Positions 1 through 11,750 of a DNA stretch of 64,000 nt are shown one piece after another. Below the pieces are notes generated by a model. That model had not been told where the DNA came from, did no database searches, and was given only the letters and a program-made list of their open reading frames with translations. Source of the DNA: Takakia lepidozioides. Its lineage: Eukaryota; Plantae; Bryophyta. The number at the start of each line of letters is the position of its first letter. Positions within the stretch are counted from its first letter, which is position 1. Position numbers and translations under genes: made by a program. Location of the stretch: assembly GCA_030704615.1 (NCBI GenBank), contig CM060734.1, positions 23,188,001 to 23,252,000 of the forward strand, read 5' to 3'.

Positions 1-1890
1 CTTTCCCTTCTTCTGCAACCATAGAACCAAATCTCCCGTCTTAAAAGTCTTTAACTTGCCTTCATCAAACTGTTCCTTTCTTTTCATCTGAATTCTGGTC
101 ATGTTATCAGGTGCATCAGCACATACTTCTTCCACATGGTATAATTCATGTTTCCTGACCTTAATTGAATCTTGCAATTCCATTCTCTTTCCCATTCCGT
201 TCTCATGGTAGGTAATAGGAATTCCACTGGAAGTAAAGCTTCCATACCATAAACTAATTGGAATGGTGTATACTTAGTGGTGACTTTATATGAAGTCCTG
301 TATGACCACAAAACTGTCAGCAGCTTTGTATCCCAATTCGTTCTGTTTGCATTGACTATCTTAGCCAAGATAGTACATAGTATTTTGTTGGTAGCCTCTG
401 CCTGCCCATTACCCTGTGGGTAATATGTTGTACTCTTCCTATGCACAATCATGAACTCTTTAGTCAATAATTCAATGGTCTCATTAATGAAGTGACTTCC
501 CTGATCACTGATAAATTCCAAGGGACAGCCAAATCGTGTAAGTATGTTCTCATACAGGAACCTTGTTGTGGACTTGGCTGTGTTGTCCCTCAAAGCTTTA
601 GCTTCCACCCACTTCGTAGTATAATCAGTGGCTGTAATTATGTACCTGTTCTGTGTATTCTTGGCTGGTGGGTTAATTGGTCCAACAAAGTCTAGTCCCC
701 ATTTCTGAAATGGTTCCGTAGGCATTGTAGGATGCAAAGCCATCTTCCCAGATCTTTGCAAAGGTCATAGCCTCTGACATTCATCACAACTCTGACAATA
801 CTTGTGTACATCTTTGAACAAAGTAGGCCACCAGTAACCTGCATGTAGTATCTTCCTGCTGGTAGTCTCTTCTCCAAAATGACCTCCTGCCACTCCTTTA
901 TGAACTTCCTCCAAAACTTTATTTACTTCATGGTGGTATAAGCATCGCTTCAGCACTCCATCAGGTCCTAGCTTATACATTCTGCTCCCTACCATAGTGT
1001 AAGGTAGAGCCTTGATAGCAATTCTCTTTCTCTGCTCCTTTCCATAACTTGGTGGGCACTCACCATGAGCAAGGTAGTATCTGATTGGCCACTGCCAATC
1101 TAGCCAGTCATCTGCACTTCCCTGCACCTCCACTGCAAATAGACTCGCATCTGGTAATTGATCATCTACTCCCGTGGCTGGTTCTCCTGTTGATAACCGT
1201 GACAAGTGATCCGCCACAAGATGCAGCCTCCCAGGCTTGTAAACAACCTTGAACTCAAACTCGTGCAAGATTATCAACCATCTTGCTATTCTTCCGCTTA
1301 TCAGAGGTTTGTTTACCAGGTATATCAGAGCCTGGTGATCCACATAGAACATAAACTTCTTGCCCAACAGGTAATGCCTGAATTTCTTCACTGCATAGAT
1401 CATTGCCAATGCTTCTCTTTCCGTTGTGCTATAATTTCTTTCGGCATTGTTCATCAATCGGCTAGCATAGTACACAGGTGAATCTATCCTTCCTGTAACA
1501 TTTTGGGCTAACACTGCTCCTAGTGCTTCTCCAGAAGCATCACAGTAAACATGAAATATTTGCCAGTGAGGATTAATCAGCACAGGTGTAGTTGTTACTG
1601 ACAATGTAAGTTCCTCAAAAGCCTGTTGACATTCAGGTGTCCATGCAAACACTGCATCTTTCTTCAGAAGTTTGCTCAATGGTGCTGCTATCTGTGCATA
1701 CCGTCTGACAAATCTTCTGTAATAGCTGGTTTGTCCAAGGAATCTCCTTAGACTCTTAACATTCACTGGTGGTGGAGAGGCTTTAATGGCCTCTGTTTTC
1801 CTGGGATCCACAAGAAGTCCTCTCTTACACACAATGTGTCCCAGAAGCACCCCTGAGTTCACACAGAAAGTACACTTCTCTGGATTCAGG
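1..1890 (-). pseudogene. Ty3/Gypsy pol 3' part, element G1 (end of RT, RNase H, integrase)
   Basis: ORF 765..1862 has RT thumb (RRFLGQTSYYRRF), RNase H (VYCDASGEALGAVL, NYSTTEREALA) and integrase HHCC (H..GHFG..CDEC). ORF 99..761 has the integrase core (WGLDFVGP, ISDQGSHF, YPQGNGQAE). Frameshift near 765. Confidence 0.95.
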
Positions 1891-1965
1891 GAGGTTTACT
1901 ATTTCATGAGCAGAAACCATGAGCCATGAGCCATGAGCCGCATGAGCCGCATGAGCGGTGAGCCG
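1891..1965 (+). repeat. E1 left terminal inverted repeat with tandem CATGAGC(C) motifs
   Basis: Inverse complement of 18110-18164; run of catgagc units. Confidence 0.85.
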
Positions 1966-2743
1966 AAGTCTAAGATACGCGGATTTCATGAGCGGACTCC
2001 TCTAAATTTGGAAATGCGGCAGATTAAACAAGTATTAAAATAATAGTTTTTTTTATTTGACCTTGCCGTTTTTGGACGTTCCAGATCATGTAATGCCGCG
2101 AAGATATGTCGTCAGTAACAAGTCCGCTCATGGTTTTTTAGATCCGCTCATGGAAATAAGTGACCGTGCAACGGGAAATCCAGTATACCACTGCAAAAGG
2201 ACGTCGCATACTGGCCTGTATAGAGTATTCCGCGGTTTTACATGCCTTAACATTGGAATGAAGCTGACCCTTTTGCCGCGATTGAACCAATGGAGTCTGC
2301 ACCAATAGAGTCTGCAGTACTTCACAATTCTGTCTTCTTCGGGTATTCGGCGGGAAAGGTTTGCAACTGAACTGGGAAATAAGGTGCCGCATTAGGGTTG
2401 GCACGTGCGAAATTTCGGAGCGGTTTGGTGTTGGCGAAGGCCGCCTCTACCAGTACCTACGACGATACTTGGAAATGCGGCGCCGCATTTCCTTGTCGGA
2501 GGTCAAATGAGGAAAGCAAGTTTTCGGAAAGCAGAAAAACATGAACCCTCCAACATACAAAAATACATGCACGTGGAAACAAGTGAACGATATAGTAATA
2601 TCTTAGTTCAAGCAAAACAGGTTACTGGTAGGCAAGACATATGTCGGACCTTTCTGTGGCCAGAGTCTGAGGTACTGGCAGCAGTACAGTTCTACTATCC
2701 GAAAAGGATGGGCGTACCATTGTATTGGGACCGCAAGCCAAGC

Positions 2744-5700
2744 TCACTGGTCCCCTGGATCCATATTCAGAAGAGTGTGAACCTCCTGGGGGCTCAACCC
2801 TGGTGCATGTATGAAGTGATGAGTTGTGGAATTACAACGGAGTCTCTTTAGGTACACGTAGTACAAATGCTTGCAAGGGCAGTATGATGCCCCCTTGTTC
2901 GCCATGATCTGGAAGTCGGTGCAATTGCAGGTGGGTAATTCTGAAATGGTGATGGTGTACACCTCATTGCGAACAGCTGAGCCTGCCGTGGCCATCTGAT
3001 ACACACGCCCGAATCCTGGTGGGGGCACTTCTGTCGAGCTCTGGATTGTACAGTTCATCCGAAGTGCATTCCCCATCCTTGCCTCGTTCACTTTTGAGGG
3101 AGGTCGCCGCCTCTTCGGTTTCCCCCAACGGTGTGTAGGATGCTTAGAGCTGTCGTGTCCCATTGTTCTTGCTCTCACAGGGGTCGGTGGTGGAGGCTGT
3201 GGAAGCGGAAATAGTTGTCTGGGGACGTCAGTGCGCTGCACCATCCGAAATCCTGCGGCGGTAAGGGCGTCGGCCTCAACCTGACTCAGATCGCAGCCTG
3301 GTTCCACCGGCCACACCGGGGGAGCCTCTGGCATTGTTTGTATGCCGTACTTGAGCTTTCCATACACGCAAGTCATAATGTCGTGCCTGCAGAACCAGAA
3401 CTGGGTGGTTGTCGCCTCCGCAAACTTTGCATGGACAAATCTTCCTGTAAAAGTAGGAGCAGGGACAGCCCCATCTGGATTCCTCCTTATCATCTCTAAA
3501 CAACGTTGCCGTGTATCCACACGAATTGCGGAACACCTTCCTCGAAACGACGGCTTTGTGCGAGCAATTCTCCACTGTGATGCAGACACAGTCGTCTCCA
3601 CAATGGCTTGGCCATACTGCATAACAGCGGGCAGAATCTGGGGCAAGGGAGCGGTGGGAATTTCTCGCACGAAATCCCCGGTTGAAGGCGACGGCGATCT
3701 GGAATTTCTTGGGCTTCCACTGCTGGAAGACACATTGTGCGGCAACATGACGGGACCTCGAGGTGCTGTCCGAATGTTCCTGTCGGATCTCCAGGAATCC
3801 TCTTCGCACCCGGGTTCCTCTTCAATCCTCCGCCTCACAGGGCGAGTCCGGACGTCCCCCTCTAGGTGTTCACCTCTGCGGTGCAGAGGCGTCCCTTTGA
3901 TCTTCTCTCGCAATGCTGTCGCCCATTTCAGTGGATTCTTGGACCTCGAAGCTGTTCGTACCAACAATTCCTCCCTGTCCGGCCCAAAGCCCCATTGTTT
4001 GCCGCTCATGAACTTGTAGTACGTGGCTTACTGCATGATTGCTCTGTCGATGTCCTCCGTTGTGGCCGTCACTACGTCCACCAGATGTGCGGCAGAAGAC
4101 GCTTGCCAGGAGGAGTGGACCGATTCTGCCATATTCGTGTTCGGCATGTCCGTGTCGGAATCCAAGCACCGCTCCTAGAAGGACACAAACAATGGTGAGG
4201 GACCAATCGAAATGTCCGTAACAGAAAGACAAATGAACGAAAATGACAACAGCCTATCTCCCGCATGTACTGTCCGAACTGTCGATACCGAAAATGCCAC
4301 CACCCCAACCAGCTGTGCAATGCTTCTAGATTGGTTGTCTCCACTGCACCTGACGTGTTCCACCAAGCCTCGATGATAGCAAACTTAACCTCCGCGTCAT
4401 CAAATGTGGGTGCATCCTTCCACGCCGTACAAAGGACACGGTGTTCAGCTTGGAATGAGCTAGCAACAAATTTGGAAGTGTAGTGAGATAGACTCTGCAT
4501 CCAATGGAATCCATAGGATCTCTCTTTCCCCTCCATTGGAACATTGGGGTCCTCACCGTACACACGCCGCACCGCTGCCCAGTTGGCCTGAGCGTTGTCT
4601 GCCATGAATCCCCTGAAATTGGGCTCTGGCGATCCCGCCCTTGCCATCTGCTCGTTTATGCCCTCCCACAGATGCATCTTGGACTGTGTGTCCTCCCCTT
4701 TCATCTCGCAGATTGCAATCGTCATGAGCCTCTTGGAGTGATAGTCATAAACATGCGCACCCATAGTCACCCACTGATGGTTTGTAATTCGCTTGATGTG
4801 ATCAAACATCACCCAAGCATTCGACAAGTTTCCAGTTGTCATGCGAGTGACCAAGTCGACTCCACTCCCAGGCCCACATGTCGACATTTTGAAAATGTAA
4901 CAACGATCGGATTCGCTGCTTTGCCCTGGAAACCTGCTACCTTGGATGTAGTCATATCCAGTCATTCGTTTCACCTCCAGGATTGAGTACATGTCCGACC
5001 CCCTGCCGAACTCCTGCTTGCAAGATACGATGTGATTCCGCACATTCGGACTACAAACGTGCGAGACGGACTCCAAGAGGTCACGCATCTCATCTTCGGT
5101 CAAGGGCTCTCGGTCGGAACCATCTTCAGACATGATTTTGCCAAGAGCAATCTTGTGGGCTGCCTTCAGCTGAATCTGCTTTGGTCTGGCTCCGGGGCTC
5201 AATTTCACCTCCTCTTTTATGATGTCGTGTGCTTCCTGCACAGCCTCACGCATGTTGCCTCTCGCCAAGGGGTGGCAGTGGACCCCAACGTGTATGCAAG
5301 CTCTAGTCAAGTCCGGGAGCAAATGGATTACGTAATATTGCTTGGCTCTGCACATGGAATGCACGTCGGTGGTTCTTTGCAATGTGCACACTTGAAAGAA
5401 CCCGCAGGAGCTTGGCTGGAGACAATGAATGGATGATGCGTTGTGCCCGTCCAATCCGTCTCGTTTCTCCGCCCTCCTTTGGAGAGAAAGTGGAAGCAGG
5501 TGGGATTGAGGCACCTCAGCTTCCCCGCACATAGGACATATCGTACACGAACACCATCAGCAATTTTCGTGCTACTGGTCTTCGTCACACACCAGGGGTG
5601 TCCGTCATGCTTTCGATCCATGTCTGTTAACATCCCGGAGGCTTTGTTTGACGAAGAAACAGGTGGAAACTTGAAGATGACATTGCCATCGACTTCGGGA

Positions 5701-6350
5701 GGCAGAAACGTTACCTTTCTGACTGGGAATTTGGCATAGTCAAGAGCAGCCAGCTCGGAGCGAGAACCATCGAGGTGATGTTGTCGTAGGAGCTGCACAA
5801 TGGACCGGGTTGGAGTTATGCTCGAGGGCACATGCGTAGCACCTACAGAGACGTCCATGCCGGATTTGAACGACCGTGTGGAGGACTTGGGTACCTCAAT
5901 GCAATCATCTTCCTTGTCGGAAATGTCGAATACGTCCACACGAGAAGCTATGGAGGGTCTTGACGGTCCAGGTCGGGAATGATTATCGTTGCATACCTCT
6001 CTGTTGGCAGTGGCCGCCTGTCGGTTTCCGGACTCCTTTGTGGATGGTGTGGGCAGCGACTGATTCGGAAAGGGAATGGGCATTCCCACAGCTCGGTACA
6101 GGATGGGGTCTGATGGGGGTACGTGCCATTCGATTCCGCAACCTCTGTCGTTACCTAGCACGACAATGGTCTCGTCAACGTGTCCAGGAACATCCTTCCT
6201 TTCTTCTTCCAAATAAACTGTGCCCGGTTTGAGCTTGAATTTGGAACAAAGGTAAGTTTCAGTCACTCTGCAAAGTCCTCCCTCGTTTGGGATCCAGGCT
6301 CTCCCAAGTTGCGGAGGACAACAAACTATAGCGTAGGAATTCGGAGCCAT
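2744..6350 (-). pseudogene. MULE transposase: GCM-like Zn domain, DDE core, C-terminal SWIM finger
   Basis: Joined ORFs 5328..6554, 4072..5532 and 2744..4009. Motifs: HPW..CAGKLRC..C..CAHC..CIPC..HVGVHCHP; VMFDH (D1); FMADNA (D2); (C/Y)GFH; TNMAES (E, after a short intron ~4165-4255); CNC..CKH (SWIM). Frameshift ~5350, stop ~4029. Confidence 0.85.
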
Positions 6351-6732
6351 CGAACACCGCACGAAGTTGGCAAGTGCGAGGTTCAGTATAGCGACAGACC
6401 AAGGCTCACAGGCACCATGCGCAGTCCATCGACGATTGGAAGTCGCACATTGAAGTGGAAAGTATTGTTTCAAGCTACATGCATGAAGGTGGGAGGTGTG
6501 ATTCCATAGCCAGTAAGTATGACAATGATGGCCGATTCGGCGACGAAATAACATCTCCTGACAGTTTCTCCTGAGGGTGGATCCAGCAGTATTCTCGGTG
6601 CAGACAGGAACGTTCGCACTGACAAGTGCCAGTACTGTGAGTTAAAACGGTCAGACAACCAAGTTGTGCTCATCAAGACTGGCCGCAATTGTGTTGTTTC
6701 GGAACAATGCAACCCATTCAGGTTCAGCATGT

Positions 6733-8410
6733 GGAAATGAGGTTCCAAATTTCCCGTCCCGAGTGATTCTTTCGATTGCTGCTGGACGGAAATACGGCGC
6801 CGCATTTCCGTATTGCATCTTGGTCATGCTCCAGAGCGACGGAAATGCGGCACCGAGTTTCCATCCGGGGGAAACCTTTATACTCTCCAGAACGGAAATG
6901 CGGTAACACATTTCCATCCAGCAAGCACCGTATGTGAAGGTGGTACGGAAATGCAGTACCGCATTTCCGTTCTGATTGAGAATTATGAACAACGGGAACA
7001 GAAATGCGGCACCGCATTTCCGTCACAGTCGCACCTTCCGACATACCAGAACAGAAATACGGCGCAACATTTCCGTTTTATATCTGACGCATGGAGCTGA
7101 GGGATAGAAATGTTGCACCACATTTCCGTCCTCACAAGACATTCATACTCTCCAGAACGGAAATGCGGTAACGCATTTCCATCCAACAAGCACGATATGT
7201 GAAGGTGGAACGGAAATGCGGTACCGCATTTCCGTTCTGATTGAGAATTATGAACAACGGGAACAGAAATGCGGCACCGCATTTCCGTCCGAGTCGCACT
7301 TTCCGACATTCCAGAACGGAAATGCGGCGCCGCATTTCCATTTTGTATCTGATGCCTGGAGCCGAGTGCAATTCCGACCGCTTGAGACATTCATACTATC
7401 CAGAACGGAAATGCGGTACCGCATTTCTGTTCTGACTGAAAATCGTGAACCATCGGAACTGAAATGCGGCAGCGCATTTCCATCCGAGTCGCACCTCCCA
7501 ACATTCCAGTACGCAAATGCGGCACCGCATTTCCGTTCTGATGAAAAATCGTGAAACATCAGAACTGAAATGCGGTACCGCATTTCCGTCGGAGTCACAC
7601 CTTCCGACATTCCAAAACGGAAATGCGGCGCCGCATTTCCGTTTTGTATGTGAGGCATGGAGCTGTGGAACGAAAATGCGGCACCGCATTTCCGCCAGGG
7701 TCAGACCTTAATACTCTACAGAACGGAAATGCGCTACCGCATTTCCGTTCTGATTGAAAATCGTGAACAACGGGAATAGAAATGCGGCACCGCATTTCCG
7801 TCCGAGTTGCACCTTCCGACATTCTAGAACGGAAATGCGGCGCCGCATTTCCGTTTTGTATATGAGGCCTAGAGCTATGGGACGGAAATGTGGTGCCGCA
7901 TTTCCATCCATGTGAGACCATCAAACTTTCCAGACCGGAAATGCGGCACCGCATTTCTGTTCAGGTGAGACCTCTATACTTTCCCGAACGGAAATGTGGC
8001 ACGACATTTCCGTTCATCAACTAAGGTATGTGAAGGGGGAATGGAAATGCGGTACCGTATTTCCGTTCAGATTGAAAATCAGGAACCACGGGAACTAAAA
8101 TGTTGTGCCGCATTTCCGTCCGAATCGTACCTTTCGACATTCCAGAACGGAAATGCGGCGCCGCATTTCCCTTTTGTATCTCACATATGGAGCTGTGGGA
8201 CGGAAATGTGGCACCCTATTTCCGTTCAACAACTAAGGTATGTGAAGGTGGAACGGAAATGCGGTGCCGCATTTTCTTCCAACAAGTACGGATATGGTAC
8301 TTAACGGAAATGCGGCGCCGCATTCGCATTTTCACTCCAACTCATCAGACGCTGGGACGGAAATGCCTTGAAATGTGAACACGTGGAGCAACGGAATTGC
8401 GGCACATGTC
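6733..8410. repeat. Array of ~31 copies of a 22-bp palindrome (GGAAATGCGG-NN-CCGCATTTCC) at a 53-bp period
   Basis: Motif starts counted at 6788, 6841, 6894, 6947, 7000 ... 7318, then 7407, 7460 ... 8255; about five recurring spacer types. Confidence 0.95.
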
Positions 8411-8763
8411 TGCACTCTATCTGACTGAAGTAGCATGAGGCGGCGCGGCCTGACCGTTGGATAATGATGTTTGTTTTTCGGATGGCAGGCGTACCCTGAA
8501 CGATTCGAATTTTGTAATGACGCAAAGTCCACGAGGAGACACTTTCGTCCAACCCTTTCGAACCCAAGTGGTGCATCACCGCCGTTTCATCTACTTTTGT
8601 CGTGTCTCCTCAGTCACCCCTCTCGCGCCCTTTCCATCTGCACTCTTTGCCCCTTTTCCTTGTCTCTGTTCTTCTTATGCTCGAACCTGAGAGGGGGGGA
8701 GTTCGTGCACCAGACAGGAGACCTCGTTGCAAGCTCCAAAAATTATACTTCGGACGTAGGCCA

Positions 8764-11750
8764 ATGCCGAAGGGGAGGAAGCAGATGCGTCTACAGGAGG
8801 AGATTGTCATCTCCGAGCAGCAGGCCACTCAGGCAACCCAGCCACCAGTGAGAGCTCCATGCGATCGGATTGCGCGCAGCTGATCGAGCACCGAACCCCC
8901 CATTTCGCTTCTGAAATTCTTAGACTGAATGCTAGGAGACTTGAATGCAGAACATGTTTGCATGCCTAACAGGAAAGGTGGACGTGCTGGAGGGATCGCA
9001 GGAATCCGAAGAGCCGTAGGAAGAGTCCGTGGAGCTAGCTGCAGCACATACACCCACTCGATCCCCGAGCGCGGGTATTCCTGCCGGGCCTAGCCCGTGC
9101 GTTTCAAAGACGCGGCTTTGAAGGGCAAGTTCAAAGCCCCAGAGATCGACTCACGTTCTTCGGTCATGGAGAATTGCCAGCAGGGGTCGGGCCCTTCTCC
9201 AGCAAAGTCGAAGAAGAAGTAGACCGTCCCTCTACTGGTTTCTGAACCGGCTCAGGCCGTTTCACCCCCACCAACGCGAATGAAGCAGCAGGGTAAAAGA
9301 CAGATTCAATTGCAGCAGACACCTTCACCTGCAAGGATGAGGAAGCAGAAGGCAATCAGGGCGACGGCCGAACAATCTCCCGCAAAACCGCTTCCACGAG
9401 CTGAAGCTCAGTTCCTGGAGGATTTCCCGCCTGCAGATGTTGGGGCCGTCTCTGCTGCAGCGAAGGCAATGGGATCGACCGTTTCTATCGATTTGGTACC
9501 GGAGGAGGGTGCTGCCGCTCAACGTTCGCAGCAAGACCTCACCACCAATGAGCAAGCAGGCCCGGAGGAGGCCTCTGCAATGGCAGAATTGCCCGCAAAC
9601 AGGCCCCAGAGTGCAGCTCCAGTTGAGGATGCTCCAGCTGCTCAGCCACTACCGGCACCTACAGACATGTCTCCGGAGGATTTCAAAAGTGCAGCGGATA
9701 AAATGCTGGAGGAGACACACAGTAGCATTGGCAGAGTTCTGGGCAGCAGGGTATTCCAGCGGACTCTTCGAATCCCACTCTGTCGCATGGTCTCCCTTCC
9801 CATCGTCAGGCAGGCCCTTCCCGGAGATGTGGATAAGCTGAAGTTCGCATTTCGAGAAGGGTACCGTCTGGGATCGGCAGCGTTTTACGTTTCCATTGAG
9901 AATGAGGATGGCGAAACTCGTGGACCCACTGCCGATGAATTGTCAACGTGGGATACCCACTGGCACACTCGCAACGACGAATTCGAGGCGACGCTGAAGG
10001 GTGATCCAGACTTCGGCCATATGTCGGGTAAAATGTTCTTTGTGTGGGACGGGAATCACCGACTTCTTGCCTGGTGGGAGTACATCAAGCAGAACCATGC
10101 CAAGCACATTGGCTGGCATTACATGGTGGAGTGTGTCATCCTGAAGGTGAAGGCGGCAGACTCCTCCCTGCTTAAGAATGCCATGGCGGACCTCAACTCG
10201 TAAGATACTCATACCCTCCCTAGCACGTTCGAAATGCGGTGCCGTATTTCGGTTCCATTCTGGTTTGTTTCCGTGCTTCCGTGTACTGAACTGGAGAGTG
10301 TGCCTTGCAGGGTCACTGAGAATGCGTACGTGCATACCCACATGGCACATATGCTGTACAGGGTGAGGAAAACTGGTCTTACTGATCCGCAGATGTTTGC
10401 GGAAATGCTGGAGCCCGAGCTCATTCAGAAAGCCGTTGCAAAAACAGACCGGACATGGTATCGTCTCACTATGGATGGAATGGTGGAGGTGATATACGAA
10501 GTAAGTCGTCCTCAAATTTCCCTCTGCTCATCCTTCCCCAATTTCCAGTAATCTTTCCACATGAATCGAATGTAACGCTTCTGCATGTTTTTGTTGGCAG
10601 TCAAACATCAAGCTGGATTTGGCCCATGCCAAACGCTTCTTCATGGAAAGTGAGGGGCAGGTGAAAACGTTGCAGTCATTGACTGAGCACTTGAAGGAAG
10701 CCGGTGTCAAGTCCAGAACCAAATACAAGTCAAAGCTTGTGAAGCTAGTGGCAATTGCAGATCCGGCACTTGGAAAGGACTTCATCCCCGAGATTGCAAA
10801 ACACTATTCTCGGGCCATGTAGCCGACCATGCAATTGGAGAAACTGCATCACCTCTCAACGGCATGTGTGGAGGCGAAAGAGAAGGTGAGGTTTCAATGC
10901 ACTGAAGTTCCTTCCTAGCAATAGCCATCTCTTCCAGCTCCTGACATTGGATCGGAAATGGCAGACACGGTGGCTGTCGATCTGGAATGCATCCGAGAGC
11001 ATAAGGACAATGTGGTCTTTTCCACTCGAAGTTTCCGACCCTGCAGTGGATGTGTGGCTCAACCGCATGACTTGGTGGTTCCAGGTAATTCAAGGTACTT
11101 CCCCAGATTTGCTTTTCTGAAATGAATTCCTTGAACTGCTACGTGACAATGCATTTGGGAATCGCAGGTAATGTCGAATGCGAAGGAGCAAGTCGTAATG
11201 CACACAAATTCATTTGGCTTGTACGTCAAATGGGATGGAACACAGACATTGGAAGACTACGTGACACGTTTCAGATGTGCGTACAAAGACAACCTCTTCG
11301 CCAGAGAGCTACAGACAGCAAGAAGGAGCGTGGAGTTTACACATCAGGAGGGAGCGGGAAAAGCTGCAATGCGAATTGTTTACAGGTGAAGCACAGCTGC
11401 CCTTGTATGCGAAGCCTGGTTACGAGGTTTGTCTCGGAAATGCGGCACCGCATTCGCATTTTATTTTTTCGTTAGCACTCTGCGAGTAGGTTCGTCCAAT
11501 CTTATGCTCACGCATGCTGACTGCCTTGCAGGTATATGAAATACGTGCTCCTTCAGACAGGGGCCCTGGCTCAAGAGCCCCCGTTCTTCATGGCCTGGAC
11601 CGTGGCGGGCCCAAGCTGTGTCTACACACCCGAGATGCAGAAACAATGGCATGCCGCACATCTCGTTGGATGCCCCTGGTACCTGGATATGTCTGGCGGT
11701 ATTGTTGACGAGTCTGAGAAAGATCTGCACGCCTTGGCAGAAGAGAAGAG
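8764..11750 (+). pseudogene. 5' half of multi-exon ParB/Srx-like + DNA methyltransferase gene (E1)
   Basis: ORF 9280..10203 has FFVWDGNHRLLAW (ParB/Srx DGxHR motif). GT-AG introns at 10200-10310, 10501-10600 and 11386-11531. Premature stop ~10819. Continues at 15690 by comparison with E2. Confidence 0.75.

Noticed and set aside
3342-4019. 225-aa plus-strand ORF (also 53502..54293 and 28105..28656)
   Set aside because: Antisense shadows of transposase or gag coding sequence.
6733-8410. Bona fide CRISPR array
   Set aside because: Spacers recur as ~5 types in a higher-order repeat, repeats are degenerate, there are no cas genes, and the context is a eukaryotic transposon.
6470-8579. Many short ORFs with MRRRISV / GNAAPHF / KCGTAF peptides (also 14800-15700 and 39200-40030)
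   Set aside because: They are translations of the DNA palindrome in all six frames, not proteins.
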